Part shown: positions 12,540 through 26,400 of the stretch, in pieces
Numbering within the stretch: the stretch's first letter is position 1
Layout of the letters: every line of letters starts with the position of its first letter
Assembly (NCBI GenBank): GCA_951406725.2
Contig: OX597819.1
Span: 55,552,001 to 55,616,000, forward strand
DNA from: Octopus vulgaris
Taxonomy: Eukaryota
Reading direction: 5' to 3'
Length of the DNA stretch: 64,000 nt
The notes under the pieces: model-generated
Told to the model about the DNA's origin: nothing
Databases searched by the model: none
What the model saw: only the letters and a program-made list of their open reading frames with translations
Position numbers and translations under genes: made by a program

Positions 12540-13560
12540 TTTTTTTTTTTTTTAACAGAATCCCCCACCCATTTTCGAGTACGGAGATTCTGATTCTGAA
12601 AAAAAAAAACCCAAAAAAAACCCGGCATGTTGAAAAATTTTTATTTTCCCCCACCCCACCCAAATTCTTCAATTTTCACTTTTTTCACATTTTTTTTAAT
12701 GCGAAATACGTAGATTATGATTCTGAAAAAAAAAAACCCCCAAAAACCGCGGCATGTTTAAAAATTTTTATTTTCCCCCACCCCGCCCAAATTCTTCAAT
12801 TTTCACTTTTTCAAATTTCTTTTTATGCGAAATACGTAGATTATGATTCTGAAAAAAAAAAAAAGTAAAGTTTCAATTTTGGGAACCCCCCCCATTTTCT
12901 CCCTATTGCGAAAAAATCCCCATTTTCGGATACGGAGGTTCCGGAAAATTGCCAAAAATCGGCATTGCGAAAATCTTGCCCCCACAATTTCAATTTTGAC
13001 TTTTTTTCCGCAACACTAACCCTAACCGTGACCCTCAAACCCTAACCCCAAAACCGTAACCGTAAGTACAGAAATGTTTTGAAATTTTTGTCCGAATTCT
13101 GATGTCCGTATTTTTTGGCATATTTAGAAAAGAAAAAAATTCTTTAAAAAAAATTTTACAAAGATTTTTGGAAATTCTTTTGAAAATCATAATCTCCGTA
13201 TTTTTTCGCATATTTTGAGAAAAAAAAAATTCTGAAAAAAGTTGAAAATGAATGGGGTGGAGGTGGGGGTAATTTAGAAATGTCAATTTTTGCCAATTTT
13301 TTTTTTGCAGATTCGTATTCACCGTAGCCGAAAGGAGGGGGTTAGTGTCGAAAAAAAAAAGTTTTAAAAAAGGGTGGTTATTTTGGGGTGGGGGGAGGGC
13401 GGAATTTTTGCCTCAATTTTTAAGAAAAAAGTGAAAATTGGAAGAATTTTGAGTTGGGGGGTGGAGGAAATTAAAATTTTAAAGTGCCGTTTTTTTTTTT
13501 TTGCAGAATCAGAATCTCCGTACTAGAAAATGGGGGGATTCTGAAAAAAAAACAAAAAAC
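12540..13560. mobile_element. Foldback-like element with long imperfect inverted arms and a central telomere-like tract
   Basis: 12556-12685 is the approximate reverse complement of 13425-13550; internal ~120-bp tandem subrepeats; degenerate (TAACCC)n at 13015-13064. Confidence 0.65.
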
Positions 13561-13828
13561 CTTCGTTTGTACTGAAAATTTCAATGCGGCTTAAATTTCA
13601 GTACTTGCTAATTTCCTTATCCAAACGTTACCGATACTCTCTTTTTACTTGTTTCAGTCATTTGACTGTGGCCATGCTAGAGCACCGCCTCTAGTCGAGG
13701 CAAATCAACTCCAGGACTTATTCTTTGTAAGCCTAGTACTTATTCTATTGGTCTCCTTTGCCGAACCACTAACTTACGGGGACGTAAACACACCAGCATC
13801 GCGGGGACAAATACAGACGCACAAATAT
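13560..13828 (+). repeat. Local duplication (unique flank plus partial SINE A), partner at 15432-15683
   Basis: Shared unique flank and shared diagnostic SINE mutations (gctagagc, cctctagtcgagg). Confidence 0.9.
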
Positions 13829-14509
13829 TCTTTATGTCCGTCGTATTAAACTGATTTTATCTACATTAAATGAAGGTAAGAGTTTTCAGTGTTTCTCTGA
13901 CCACCGAATTGATTAGGAAACTCACGCAACTCGTGTACGAACCCTGATCTGCTTCAAAATTATGCTACAGATATAAAAACCTCAGAAGCGTCGAGCCAAT
14001 GAACGTGAGTTTGTATGGTTGATGGACCATCTAGATTCTAGAGATAACAGATAAACTTCTTCAAAATCATACTCAACCGTCTTAAAAGAAACGCGAGGTG
14101 TATAGTCCAATATCTACAGTGTCAGAATGAAAACGGCCTGGTTACCATATTCTATTTGGAAAGTATATTCTGTACTACATTACCATCATCCTTTTAATGA
14201 CAACCAGATGCCTTTCCTTCGCCAATTCTCACTCGCTCCTATGCAAAGTAACATCATCTAATAGTAGAACCAGTCGAGGTGTCTCTTCTTCCGCTATCAG
14301 AACTTGCAAAACAACTTACGACCTTCAGAGGTGAGGTTCTAGTTATCAGTACACCACAAATCCTGAATAACAGATGTATTATCTTCAGATCCCACTTCCT
14401 GTATCATTTGTATAAGGATAACGTCCATTGCTCTTCGAGACTGTTTCAGCCTCTATCCTATGGTCTTCTTAACATTTGCAACTCCCCCCCACCAATAAAA
14501 CATGAATAT

Positions 14510-14883
14510 TCTTTTACTTGTTTCAGTCATTTGACTGCGGCCATGCTGGAGCACCGCCTTTAGTCGAGCAAATCGACCCCAGCACTTATTCTTTGTAAGC
14601 CTAGTACTTATTCTATTGGTTTCTTTTGCCGAACCGCTAGGTTACGGGGAGGTAAACACATCAGCATCGGTTGTCAAGCGATGTTGGGTGATGGTGGTGA
14701 CAAACAGACACACAAATACGACGGGCTTCTTTCAGTTTCCGTCTACCAAATCCACTCACAAGGCTTTGGTCGGCCCGAGGCTATAGTTGAAAACATTTGC
14801 CCAAGGTGCCACGCAGTGGGACTGAACCTAGAACCATGTGGTTGGTAAACAAGCTACTTACCACACAGCCACTCCTGCGCCTG
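14510..14883 (-). mobile_element. SINE family A copy
   Basis: Reverse complement of the family A sequence. Confidence 0.88.
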
Positions 14884-14924
14884 ATCTATATTTCTTTTGT
14901 TTGCATAATGTAATTATGCAATTC

Positions 14925-15410
14925 TCATAACGAACTGATGATAAAAATACCTTTATAATTCCAAGAAAATATGCCTCGAAATCGGAAATAATCCCGATTT
15001 ATAGGCTGTACGAGTAAATATGTATTTAATGAAGTAAAGGCAATTTTAACAGACACGCACGTTTGTAGTGAATCAAAATTTGAAGTATGACTAGGAACGT
15101 TATCTAAAAATAAAAACAAAGCCTCGGCTTTGAAATTCTCACATTGACTGACATTTTACTGCAGGGTGGTAATATTCAAATGTATGTAATCTAAACCTTT
15201 TTTTAGATATCTGACTAGATTTCCAGACGCCTTTCATTGATGTTGGGAGTCTTAGAATTATAAACAAGCAAGGACTTAAATTTCGGTGGCTGTTGTTCCT
15301 CACAACACAAGACGATCTTTTGTTGCTTTATACTGTGGTGCCTTTCCCTCCTTTCAAAGGGTAAACGTTTCAGAATAGCTTACATTCGTCTATATCGGAA
15401 AAAAAAAAGA
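14925..15410 (-). mobile_element. Tigger/pogo-like transposase fossil
   Basis: KATKDRL... and LFLDNVPSH...VKIAFTSLNTYLLVQPINRD resemble the pogo/Tigger DDE domain (LLDNAPGH...FLPPNTTSLIQP.DQG). Confidence 0.72.
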
Positions 15411-16298
15411 CCATTTGGTCATTTATTTTTTCCTTCGTTTGTACTGAAAATTTCAGTACTTGCTAATTTCCTTATCCAAACGTTACCGATACTCTCTTTT
15501 TACTTGTTTCAGTCATTTGACTGTGGCCATGCTAGAGCACCGCCTCTAGTCGAGGCAGATCGACTCCAGGACTTATTCTTTGTAAGCCTAGTACTTATTC
15601 TATTGGTCTCCTTTGCCGAACCACTAACTTATGGGGACGTAAACACACCAGCATCGGGGGGACAAATACAGACGCACAAATATTTACGACGGGCTTCTTT
15701 CAGTTTCCGTCTACCAAATCCACTCACGAGGCTTTGGCCGGCCCGAGGCTATAGAAGACACTTGCCCACTTATTAAATTTAACACCTTTAGCTGGTCGGA
15801 ATGTCAAGTGAAATCGTGGACGTATCCACTCAAAACACTTAGCATTTTTTTCCTTATTTGCCATTCTTTTCACTGCAAGATACTTTAAAAGCGGTACACT
15901 CATGGATTTTAACACGATTTTTAAAATGATACTGCTTTACACGTTACGCGACTCAAGATAACAACAGTATTGAATTAAATATATGTAATTACGAAATTGC
16001 CACACAGCTGTTATATAACGTTCCTAGTCATACTTCAAATTTTAGCATAAACAATCACTGCAGAAAGCAAAACAAATGTGACCGACTATTTGCATTTGAG
16101 CACGCTAATAAAGCAGTGAGATTGTTATTAATAAAAACGTTTTAAATTTAAGCAACGAATTTTTTCAGGCGTTTTGGCTGTTAAATTGCAGGAATACTAA
16201 ACTTTGTTATGAAGTTTCACTAGCAGGGAAAACGATTTATATGTGTATTTTAAGGATTCGGTCATGATAGAATAACACCTCCAAAGGTTTTTGATCTA

Positions 16299-16644
16299 CA
16301 GGCGTAGGGGCGGCTGTGTGGTAAGTAGCTTGCTTACTAACCACATGGTTCCGGGTTCAGTCCCACTGCGCGGCACCTTGGGCAAGTGTTTTCTAGTATA
16401 GCCTCGGGCCGACCAAAGCCTTGTGAGTGGATTTGGTAGACGGAAACTGAAAGAAGCCCGTCGTATATATGTATGTGTCTGTGTTTGTCCCCCGATGCTG
16501 GTGTGTTTACGTCCCCGTAACTTAGCGGTTCGGAAAAACAGACCGATAGAATAAGTACTAGGCTTACAAAGAATAAGTCCTGGGGTCGACTAAAGGCGGT
16601 GCTCCAGCATGGCCACAGTCAAATGACTGAAACAAGTAAAAGAG
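16299..16644 (+). mobile_element. SINE family A copy
   Basis: Near-identical to 2017-2402. Confidence 0.88.
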
Positions 16645-17826
16645 TATCATATTGATCTTTCCACACATGGAGATATAAACGGGGAAGCCTGTGCGGCCCA
16701 TTCAAACGGGCCTCAAAGCACACGCTGTTGCTTTGACAAAAGAGTATGTTCAACATAATCTGGAAGGTATGGTTGTAACAAAGAAGTTGGGAATTCCATT
16801 TTGGCAGACCGGGCTAAACACAAACACATATATATATATATACCAAGCACATCACTACGTCCCTCATTTACTTTTGAGATCTTATTAAAGTAAAAAAAAA
16901 AAAAACCCAGTTATGTCTAAATAAGGAAATTTTTGGTGTGGGTGGTAAGAAGCTTACTCCCCAACCACGTTTCCCAGTTTCTTCTATTCTAAATTTCTTC
17001 AGATAAAATATGGGATCGTAACTAGGCAGACAAAACTTGTCGGTCACTAATACGTTTTGTTAACCCCTATTCCCCTCAGGTTCACACACTTATTGCAGCG
17101 TTCCTTCAGTTTTTCTAAACCCAGTGAAAAAACTCAGAAGGTCCCCCCACCGCCACCAACCAGGCCTTTCGCGACACCCTTAAAGCCAGGAACTTTTTAG
17201 CACCCCCTCGTATATATCAAATATTGTTTAATGACAGGGTGGCTCAGAAATCTAAGATTCTCTTCAAGTCCAACTGCTACTTCCCTGCACTGAGAAATTA
17301 CAGATCTGGTTCTCATGTGAGAATGTTGCAAGAAAGATTCTTTAAGCCGAGCCAACTAACAGGAGACCTGGGGGTAGACCGACAACAAAATGGTTTGCTT
17401 CTGACAAGACCCTGTGGAGAAGGCACCAGGTCTCTACCCCCACGACTCTCCCAGGATAGTGAAAATGAATGGACTAACAACAGTTAGTAAATGTCTTTCT
17501 AAGTACAGTATCAATGAAAGAGAGTCTAGAGGTAGTACCTGACAAATCTATCAGTTTAATATGCTTTAGCTCAAAGCTTAAGCTAGGGAAGTGTAGTATA
17601 TATTCTTTTCTACTCTAGGCACAATGCTCGAAATTTTTGGGGGAGGGGCCAGTCGATTAGATCGACCCCAGTATGCAACTGGTACTTATTTTATCGACCC
17701 CGGAAGGGTGAAAGGCAAAGTCGACCTCGGCAGAATTTGAACTCAGAATGCAAAGAAAGTGTAGTATATAAATTGTCAGAGAGAGAAGAAACAAAATGAA
17801 TATATATTGACGAGTCTCATTTCTTC

Positions 17827-17909
17827 GCTTCCCTGACGAGATTACATTGTTTTACACCATTTATTCCTTTGGAATAATATCAGTGAAATCTTCGAAACGT
17901 GTCGGAAGT
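17827..17909 (+). ncRNA. Candidate type I hammerhead ribozyme (Penelope-like element type)
   Basis: Stem I gcttcc/ggaagt; CTGACGA at 17833-17839; stem II gattacattg/cagtgaaatc; GAAA at 17894-17897; minimal stem III; GTC cleavage triplet at 17901-17903. Confidence 0.62.
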
Positions 17910-18689
17910 AAAAGTATTTGAATTATACCTGCGTTAAACTCCATTTATTTATTTATATATTATACAAAAAATTTCATGCAAACCCGAAGTTTCTACCTTT
18001 AAAAACAAGGAGTTACAACCTCTTTACTTGTGTGATTTTTTACTACCCTGGTAATTATTTATCTATTTTTTCCGTGTTAATTGTTAACAAGGGAAAAATA
18101 CACTCATCTATTTATATATATAGACACACACACAAAACATTAGAAACCTTAAGGTCTTGATAAATAATTAATATATTGGTAATACAGAAAAATAAATCCT
18201 ATTAAGATACGAGATTTAATTGAAAATTATTTTATTAGCAATGTTGTTATATTGAAGATTAAATATTTGGATTAGCTAGTAATGTCTTTCCTGCTAATGT
18301 CTGTTATTTGACTAGTTTAAAAAATTAAAAAAAAAATTTTCTTTAATTTAAAATAAAAACATAACCAGAATATCAATGAGATTGAAGAAAAAAAGTCAAA
18401 CATACATATATACATAATCGTTTTAACGTCTATTTTTCCATGCTTGCATGGGCTGGATGGAATTTACTGAGATGGATCTTCTATGGCTAAGATGCCCTTC
18501 TTGTTGTCAACCCTCACCTGTTTCCAGAAAGGTAACACTCCCCTGTGTATGTACACACATACATACATATATATATAAATAAACTATTTCATAAAGAAAT
18601 AAGTTTTCATAGTTGATTTTCTTCATCAGAATTCGATAATATAAATAAATATTACACATTAAAATAATTTCAAAAATTGTTTAAATGTA

Positions 18690-20430
18690 TTCTTTTTAAT
18701 AATTTTATTTTTTATTTTCAAATCCAATTTCAGAAATCACATTTGTATTTACTGACAGTTTTCAATCTGGTGGGAGTGGGGATGGGGCAATAAATGTAAC
18801 AAGTGATATAGGGATGATAAGGAAGAGGCAGGAAGGAAAAAAAAAAAAAAAAAAGAACTTGAGAGAAGAGGAATGAATGAGCCTAAGGTATAAACATAAA
18901 AAGGACAAAGGAAAAAAGGCTTAAATTTCTTAGCATTTTTTTTTTCTTGACAGTTTTAATTACACATTTCTTTAGAAAATATATTTCTGCGCATTTGAAC
19001 ACAAACCAGTATTAAACCAGGATGGGGTATTGCAGGAAGTTTATGTGCCAAAGTCACAGGACAAACTGGCATCAATTTACATAGAACCTCGTCCCTTTTG
19101 CTACACTGTTTGTCTACTTACTTACTTTAGCAAGTACTTATCTAGTCTGACCAACCAAGGGACATGACAGTGGTGTCCTATAAAGCAAACTATAAAAGCA
19201 CAACCCGCTAGCCTGCAGGCAGACAACAGTAAGTAGGAGTAAGGATGAAGTGTTAAATAAACGATAAAACAAAAGTTCACTGAAGGAGTCGAGTAATATC
19301 ATTGCAGATATCTGAAAGGTTAAGAAATAAAGAAGCCATTGCCGTCAGACCAATCAATTGTGATGATGGAGCCTAAACACCTGGGTGATGAACTGAACCA
19401 CATACTTTTTATCCAGTCTGTGTGCATACGCACTGATACGGAAGCATCACAAAATACACTGTTACTGAAATACTATAGGCCTTTCATGTATTAATGTAAC
19501 AAACACATCTGATGTAATGTTGCAGCAAAGAGACAAAGCCTACGTCAGTGTACCATCAAAATCATTTACAAACGGAAACATTAAATATCTATAAATCTTA
19601 AGACACTATGCTAGGAAAATGCATGTGCATTTGTACGTATATATATATATATACAAAAATACATACATACACAAACACACAAACTGTTTAGCCATGCAAG
19701 AAGAAGATATACAGTTGAAGAGATTAACCTCCTTAACAAAATTAAAAGAAAAAGACACTGAGATATATACATATATATGTATGTATGTATGTATATATGT
19801 TTATATATATATATATATATCAAACCAAAGATAAAACTGATTAGATCAGACATTGCATTGAATACTTTTTGGAAGGCATTCCTTTTTTGGCAAAATAATA
19901 AACCAAATAACTCCTGAGAGGGCAGTGGGGAGAGATAGAGAGAGCTAAAAGGACAACAATATGAGGAATGATATAAGGAAACAAAATTAAAATAATCCAG
20001 AGTCTCAACAGCTGTTAACACCAAATCAAGTCAGTAAGAAGTTTAGGCTGAAGACAGCATCTGCGATGCTAAATGCAGAATTAATAAAATAATAATTTAC
20101 AGTATACAAAAAAAAAAAAAAAAAAAAAAAGAAAAGAAAAAAAGGAAAGAAAAGCGTTAACTCAGGAGTTTTTGTTTGTCATCTTTTGTTTTTTGCTACT
20201 AAAGGAGTTTTTCTTTTTCTGTATTTATATTTGGCTTTTCCCTATTAAAATCATGTTGGCCAGACCTGCATTGATAAAAAAAAAAAAAAAAAAAAAAATG
20301 AAGTTAACACTAGTTTGAATAGTGTTGAGCAACTACTAAAGTAAGAGAGAAAAGGAGAGCGTTTGGATGTTTTGAATGGGAAACGAGGAAACTAAATATG
20401 GCTTTTAAATTTTCGCAGTTGAAAACTTGT
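18690..20430 (-). other. Probable ~1.7 kb eIF4B 3' UTR with U-rich tracts and tandem AATAAA signals
   Basis: No recognisable TE in this stretch after the stop; minus-strand AATAAA at 18704-18709 and 18711-18716 (ATTAAA at 18955-18960); poly-U tracts at ~18836-18853, 20108-20130 and 20276-20298. Confidence 0.55.
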
Positions 20431-20499
20431 TCACGAGTGATCCTGGTAGTCTTCATCCTCAGTATTTAAATAGTCGAATTTGTTGGCGTCAGTCCAATC
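20431..20499 (-). CDS. eIF4B: eIF4B terminal coding exon (DWTDANKFDYLNTEDEDYQDHS*)
   Basis: tttcag| acceptor, TGA at 20433-20431; resembles the eIF4B C-terminal K-aromatic-xxL-acidic tail. Confidence 0.9.
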   Translation of the reverse strand, partial: DWTDANKFDYLNTEDEDYQDHS

Positions 20500-23400
20500 C
20501 TGAAATAAGAACAAACAGCAGCATGACAAGAAAGAACATTTAACATCCCCCACCACCATCACCGCACTAAACAGCTTTATTTCAATTGTTGCCAGTCAAA
20601 ATTGAACTATTATACAAGATAAAGGAATTGGAAAGGATTTAATAGTATTAATAAGAAAACAGAGCTAGCCAGCATCCAGTGTTGGAAACAAGGCGACTAA
20701 TCAAATGTTATTTTGAAAGGAACCTGTAAAAATTGCTCAAACCATGGTACACAATATGAGCCAGAGCCAACTGCTTGATGAGATTCTTGGCAAGAAAATG
20801 TTTGTACATCATGTGACTGACACTCCATTGGTTACAACCATGAGTGTTCCAGCTGATCTGATTGACAGAATAGCCTGCTTGAGAAAGCACCATGCAAGTG
20901 GCTGAGCACTCCACAGACACGTGTACCCTTAGTTTCGAGGGGGGATTCAGCGTGACACAACACGTCACCAGGAATCCAACTCACAACCATGAGTTGAAGA
21001 CCCAACCACTAACCCACACATCTTCAATATCTCATGTACTCCATGATATATCTATTTAGGTAGCATATAGGGTAATTATTTTTGCTCTTTAATATTACTC
21101 ATTGTAAGTTCCCATATTGTATATAACTTCCTTTTTGTTGCTATATTTCAATATTGCTTTTCATAATACTTTTCTATTGCATAATAAGAAAAATGACATT
21201 TATTCTTGAGTGAACAATGAAAAGCACCATTTGAGTGTTAGACCACATGGAGGCATTGACATCAAGCCAAGTGAGAGTGTAGTCATGACCAATGCCAGTG
21301 TTGTGTAACTGGCCTGTTAAAAGCACCCGTCAATTATTGGACGATATGCCGTAGAACTGTCAAACTGAGTGAAATTGTAGTCATGGCTGAAGGCAGTGCC
21401 AGTAGTACGTAAAAGGCACTGTTCGAGCATTGGGCCTCATAGAGGCAATGGCACGTGAGCAAGACCTTTGGTGATGTACTGTGCTTGTGTAGACCTGTCA
21501 AGCCAAATGAGACTGCAGTTGTGGCTAATGCTGGTGTCAGGTCATTGGCATGTAAAAAACACCAACTACACTTTCAGAGTGGTTGGCATTAGGAAGAACA
21601 CCCAGCTATAGAAACCTTGCCAATTCAGATCAGAACCTGGTGCAGCCCCACTGACATACCAGTTTTCAGTCAAACCATCCAACCCATGCTAGCATGGAAA
21701 GTGAATGTTAAGATGATGATGATGATAAAGTGGTTGGCATTAGAAAGGGCATCTAACCATAGAATTCATGCCAAAACAGATGACTGGAGTCTAGCTGGTG
21801 CAGCCCCACTCTGGCTTGCCAGCTCCTGTCAAATCATACCAGCATGGAAAATAGACATTAAATGATTAAAAATTTCTATGGAACGATTAATTTATTTGCA
21901 TGTATGTCAAAAATTGGATCCAGACACCTATTCAGACTTATGGCTTTGGTAAGACTGTAAAAGAATTTAATAAAATCTTTTTGTCCAGAGGAGGCTCATC
22001 ATAATTTAAAGAAATCATGAACAAATATTTACCTTTTTCACATTATCTTGAAGCTGAGGCATTTCCTCATATGACTTTGGCATCTGTTTCTCTCGAACAG
22101 GACGCCTGTTTTGAGAAAACAATTTCGACTTAATGCACAACTCATACATTGAACAGGTAGAAAATTTTCTAGTTTCAGTTATTTATAGACTCTAAGCCAG
22201 TTTTAACAACAGGGGTCTTTTGAAATGCTTAGCAGTATTTCACTTGTCGCTATGTTCTGAGTTCAAATTCCACCAAGGTCAACTTTGCCTTTCATCCTTT
22301 CGGGGGTCGATAAATTAAGTACCAGTTCAATACTGGGGTCGGTGTAATCCACTACCCACTCTCCCCAATTCAGGCCTTGTGCCTATAGTAGAAAGGATTA
22401 TTAACATCATTATTAAGGCAGTGAGATGGCAGAATCATTAGCACACTGGATGAAATGCTCAATGGTATTTTGCCTGTTCTTACATTCTGAGTTCAAATTC
22501 CACCAAGGTAGACTTTGTCTTTCATCTATTTGGGGTCGATAAATTAAGTACCAGTGAAACACTGGGGCCGATGTAACCTACTAGTCCCCTCCCACCAAAT
22601 TTCAGGCCTTGTGCCTTTAGTAAAAAGGATCATTATTATTAAGGTTGACAGTTCAAAATTAAGTTTGTAACAACTGATAACTAAATATCTAATAACAACG
22701 ACTCACCTTTTTTCTGAACCACCTCTACTGGGTTGGTCATGTTTGTCATTAGGATACGCTTTGCCATTCAGTTCTTAAACAAAAATAATGAACCGTGAGA
22801 AATAGAAGTACATGAAAATGTAGAACATATTGATTAATCAAGTCTAACTAATGCATTAAAATTGGTATTTAAAAAAAAAATTAAACAAAACAATTCAAAA
22901 TTAACGATAGTAATACTGAGAAAATAAGAAAACAAGACAAACTGGTAAAAGTTCCGTCAATACTTTTGCAACACAAAATGCCTTAAAATGAAATTTAATT
23001 ACTATTTATCAATCCCAACACTAAACTTTAGAAGACAAAAAAACATTAATGACCAACTCTGCTTTCTCATATTCTCTCTTACACACCTGGAAAGGATGAA
23101 TGAACGTAGTGTAGGGTCAACAACTATCTAGCAATAAGTACAGGCCCTAAGAAATTCCGAGTTGGTGTTTGGCATACTGCAAGACCACTGGGAGTGAGGC
23201 ACCCCATAGCTTTTGTTAAAGCATATCTCAAACCCAGTCTACATCCACTCTGATGGTCGACAATAATCAATGGCAAGATGAGCTGCTATGGATCACACTA
23301 TCCCCAAGTGTGCATGCACGTGAGTGGAGACTACATGTGAACTTGTATCCTCGCTGAAACCTTGAATAAGACATCAACTGGAGCCTCCTCAGTGAATGCC

Positions 23401-26400
23401 ACATCAAGTAAGTAAGTACAACTCTTACACTCTGGCTATTTTATAGTAGTATTTCGAAAATATTTTTGAAAGATTTTTACAAGTCTTTGTGTCTAATGAT
23501 GAATTGACATAGTGATTTATTTTAATTAACCTCTTAGCATTCAGATTATTCTGTCATATGTAATACTTTTTTTTATTCACATTGCTTTAAATTAAATCAG
23601 ATATAATCTTAAAACTTCAAGAATTAGATGTTTTGGTTATTTATGTTTAGAATGACATAGTAGGGTAAGGTGTGAGGGGCCAGATTTGGACATAAAGCAA
23701 GTGGAATATTTTGGCTAGATTAAATTCTAATGGGTTCATTTGATTTAAATGAAATCAGAGGCTCAGATAACAGTGAGGTTTTGGAAACTGAAATCACTTC
23801 AATGTAATATGGCAAATGAGATCTGTGTGATCTGTTTAGAAAGAAGAAGCACATATTAGCCTAGCGTGATTCTAAATACACAACTGGATTGATTTTTCAA
23901 CTTTAAACCCTTTTCATATCAACTTGCATGAGACTGCCCCATGGTTCTATAATGCAAATTACCTGTTTTAAAGTGATCAAAATTAAAACCCTCCATCAAA
24001 GTTTTGTGTTAATTTATGTCCAGACAGTAGTTTAATGATGACAAAGCTATTTTACTAAACTATTCATTATTAAACTAATTGAAACAAAAGCCAGTCTTTC
24101 AATGCAAATATAGTGATAAAAAGGTTAAAGTTTCAACATAACCTTGAATTGTATTTCTCTTTTTAATCTTACAAACAAAAAGGTTCTGCCTTCTTTAGTG
24201 TAAAAGCATCAGTATGCTTTGTTCCAATATTCAACTACATTGAGATGAACCATTGGGTGGAGCTTGTGTGACCATACATCTTGCTAGAAATAGCAGCCAA
24301 CTCCCCTCCGCCCCCAAACCACATCTACTGTCTTTGCAGCTATGTTGAGATACAACCTCAAAGGATTTAGTCAAATAAACTGATCCCAGCACATGTTCTA
24401 TTGGTCTCTTTGGTTGAGCCATCAAGTTAGAGGGGATGTAAACAAACCAACACCAGTGCTAAGTGGTGGGAGGGACAAACACAACACAAAGAAACCCACT
24501 CACAAGGCTTTGGTTGACCTGGGGCCGTAGTAGGAGACTATGCCCAAGATGCCACACAGTGGAACTGAACCCAAGACCACATGGTTGGAAAGCAAGCTTC
24601 TTAACCACACAGCCACACCTGCACCTAAACTCCACTCCACCCTCCTTGTACAATTATGTAATACGAAACTAGAGTAATGATTTGATGTGGCTAATTACTT
24701 TACACAGCCCCACCCATTTAAAATTCAAATGTGCAATAGTCAGAACAATATAAAAAAAGATAACAGAAACAAAACTAGCTGAACTAATGGTAAAAATGAT
24801 ACACAACAATTAGTAGTTTAAAGAAACAGAATGTAAATTAAAGCACAATATGTAAACAGAAAGTTAGGAGGAATCAAAGATGGAATAAAAAAAATATATA
24901 TTTACCATTTTCACCAACTCCATCATCGCTTTTTGAAGAATCGTTAAACTGTTTCTGTAAACAATAACAGTAAGAAATAGAATTTATGAGTATGCATGAG
25001 AAAGAGAGAGAGAGGGGGGAGAGGAAGAGAGAGAGGGGGGGAGAGGAAGAGAGAGGGAGGGAGGGCAATACTGACCTGATTTCGTGAACTTTCTGATCCT
25101 TTATTTGACTGCTGTTCAGTTTTCCGTCTTTCCCAAATATTCTCTTTGGGTGGTGGAGCAGGCACCATTTTGGTTGGAGGATCTTCTTTTCTAGGAGAAA
25201 GTGGCACTTGTTTTTCTTCTTTTTCATCTGTATTTGGTTCTGAATTACTAGAGTCTCTACTATCACATCTAGTTCTTGGTTGGTTTTGTGCTGATAAAAA
25301 AACAAAACAATTATTCCCTTTTAAGAAACTATGTCAAGATTAAAGTTGATTACACATTACTGAACCATTGATCATGATATTTTAAAATTTCATTAAGGTT
25401 TCTTGGAAATAAAAGTATTCTTTCAGATAACTTCCTTTAACAAATGTCCCCATGGTAAATAATCGATACTGAAAACCTTTACAGAGCTCTGCCACCAATG
25501 TTATCAAAGAACTAATAGGAATCATCATGTGCACCACACTTCAATCCTGTTGTAAACAATATGCTAGAGTATCCTAGCTTGGATTTCAGTCTAACAATGC
25601 TATTAATGATAAAAGATCTCCAGAGTAATTTAGAACCTACATAGCAAATATCACAGAAACTGTTACACTAACATGTATTGTTTCATCCACTTTTTTGCAG
25701 CTCTGATTTTTTCTTCTCAATAATTATTCCTTATATTTGTCTCCCAATTAATGACAAGATTTTTCACAGAAAAAAATAACTTTACTACAAAATATTGAGA
25801 TTAACACTTTAAATACCAACTGGTTACCTAAGAGGTTTTAATAGAAAAAAATATGGCAAATATATCAGAAGTGGTAAAACTGATAATAACATAACTCCAA
25901 CAGTAGATGAATAATTATTGCATTTTTTGTGTCTTCAAAGGTAATATCTTGATCCTGTATTATTGTAATTTACACTAATATAATAAATTTAAAGTTACAA
26001 CAATCAAGTGGAAAGAAATACTGGCACCTAATGAAAAGTGAATAGTTCAGGTTTCACTATTAACACAGCTGTACCTAATGAAATGCAGTCAGATATTGAC
26101 CTATTTACTTGAGTACCTTCTCAAATAAGAGTAAGATAAACTAAAAAAAATAAAAAATAAATAAAATAAGAGTAAGATAAACTAAAAAAAATAAAAAATA
26201 AATAAAATAAGAGTAAGATAAACTAAAAGACAACAACATCAAACTAAAACTAAAGGTAAACTAAAAAAACTTCAAATATAAAGCATGATTTTATGCTTTT
26301 GCTTATTTTTACTGTCACAAACTAAAAAAATGAATCAACACAAAAATAAGCTTTTCCAACAAAATGCATCCTAGTTTGTATGCAAAGATGGAAACTCTTA

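Noticed and set aside
13015-13064. Interstitial telomere as a chromosome-fusion scar
   Set aside because: Short, degenerate and embedded at the centre of a foldback repeat
18580-18640. Minus-strand CTGATGA...GAAA hammerhead-like core
   Set aside because: No stem I or stem III pairing can be formed
19360-19437. GTGATGA...CTGA pattern in the 3' UTR region
   Set aside because: On the strand opposite the host transcript, not intronic, and no guide recognised
25422-25528. C/D-box snoRNA-like ATGATGA...CTGA on the minus strand in intron 10
   Set aside because: No terminal stem and no recognisable rRNA/snRNA antisense element
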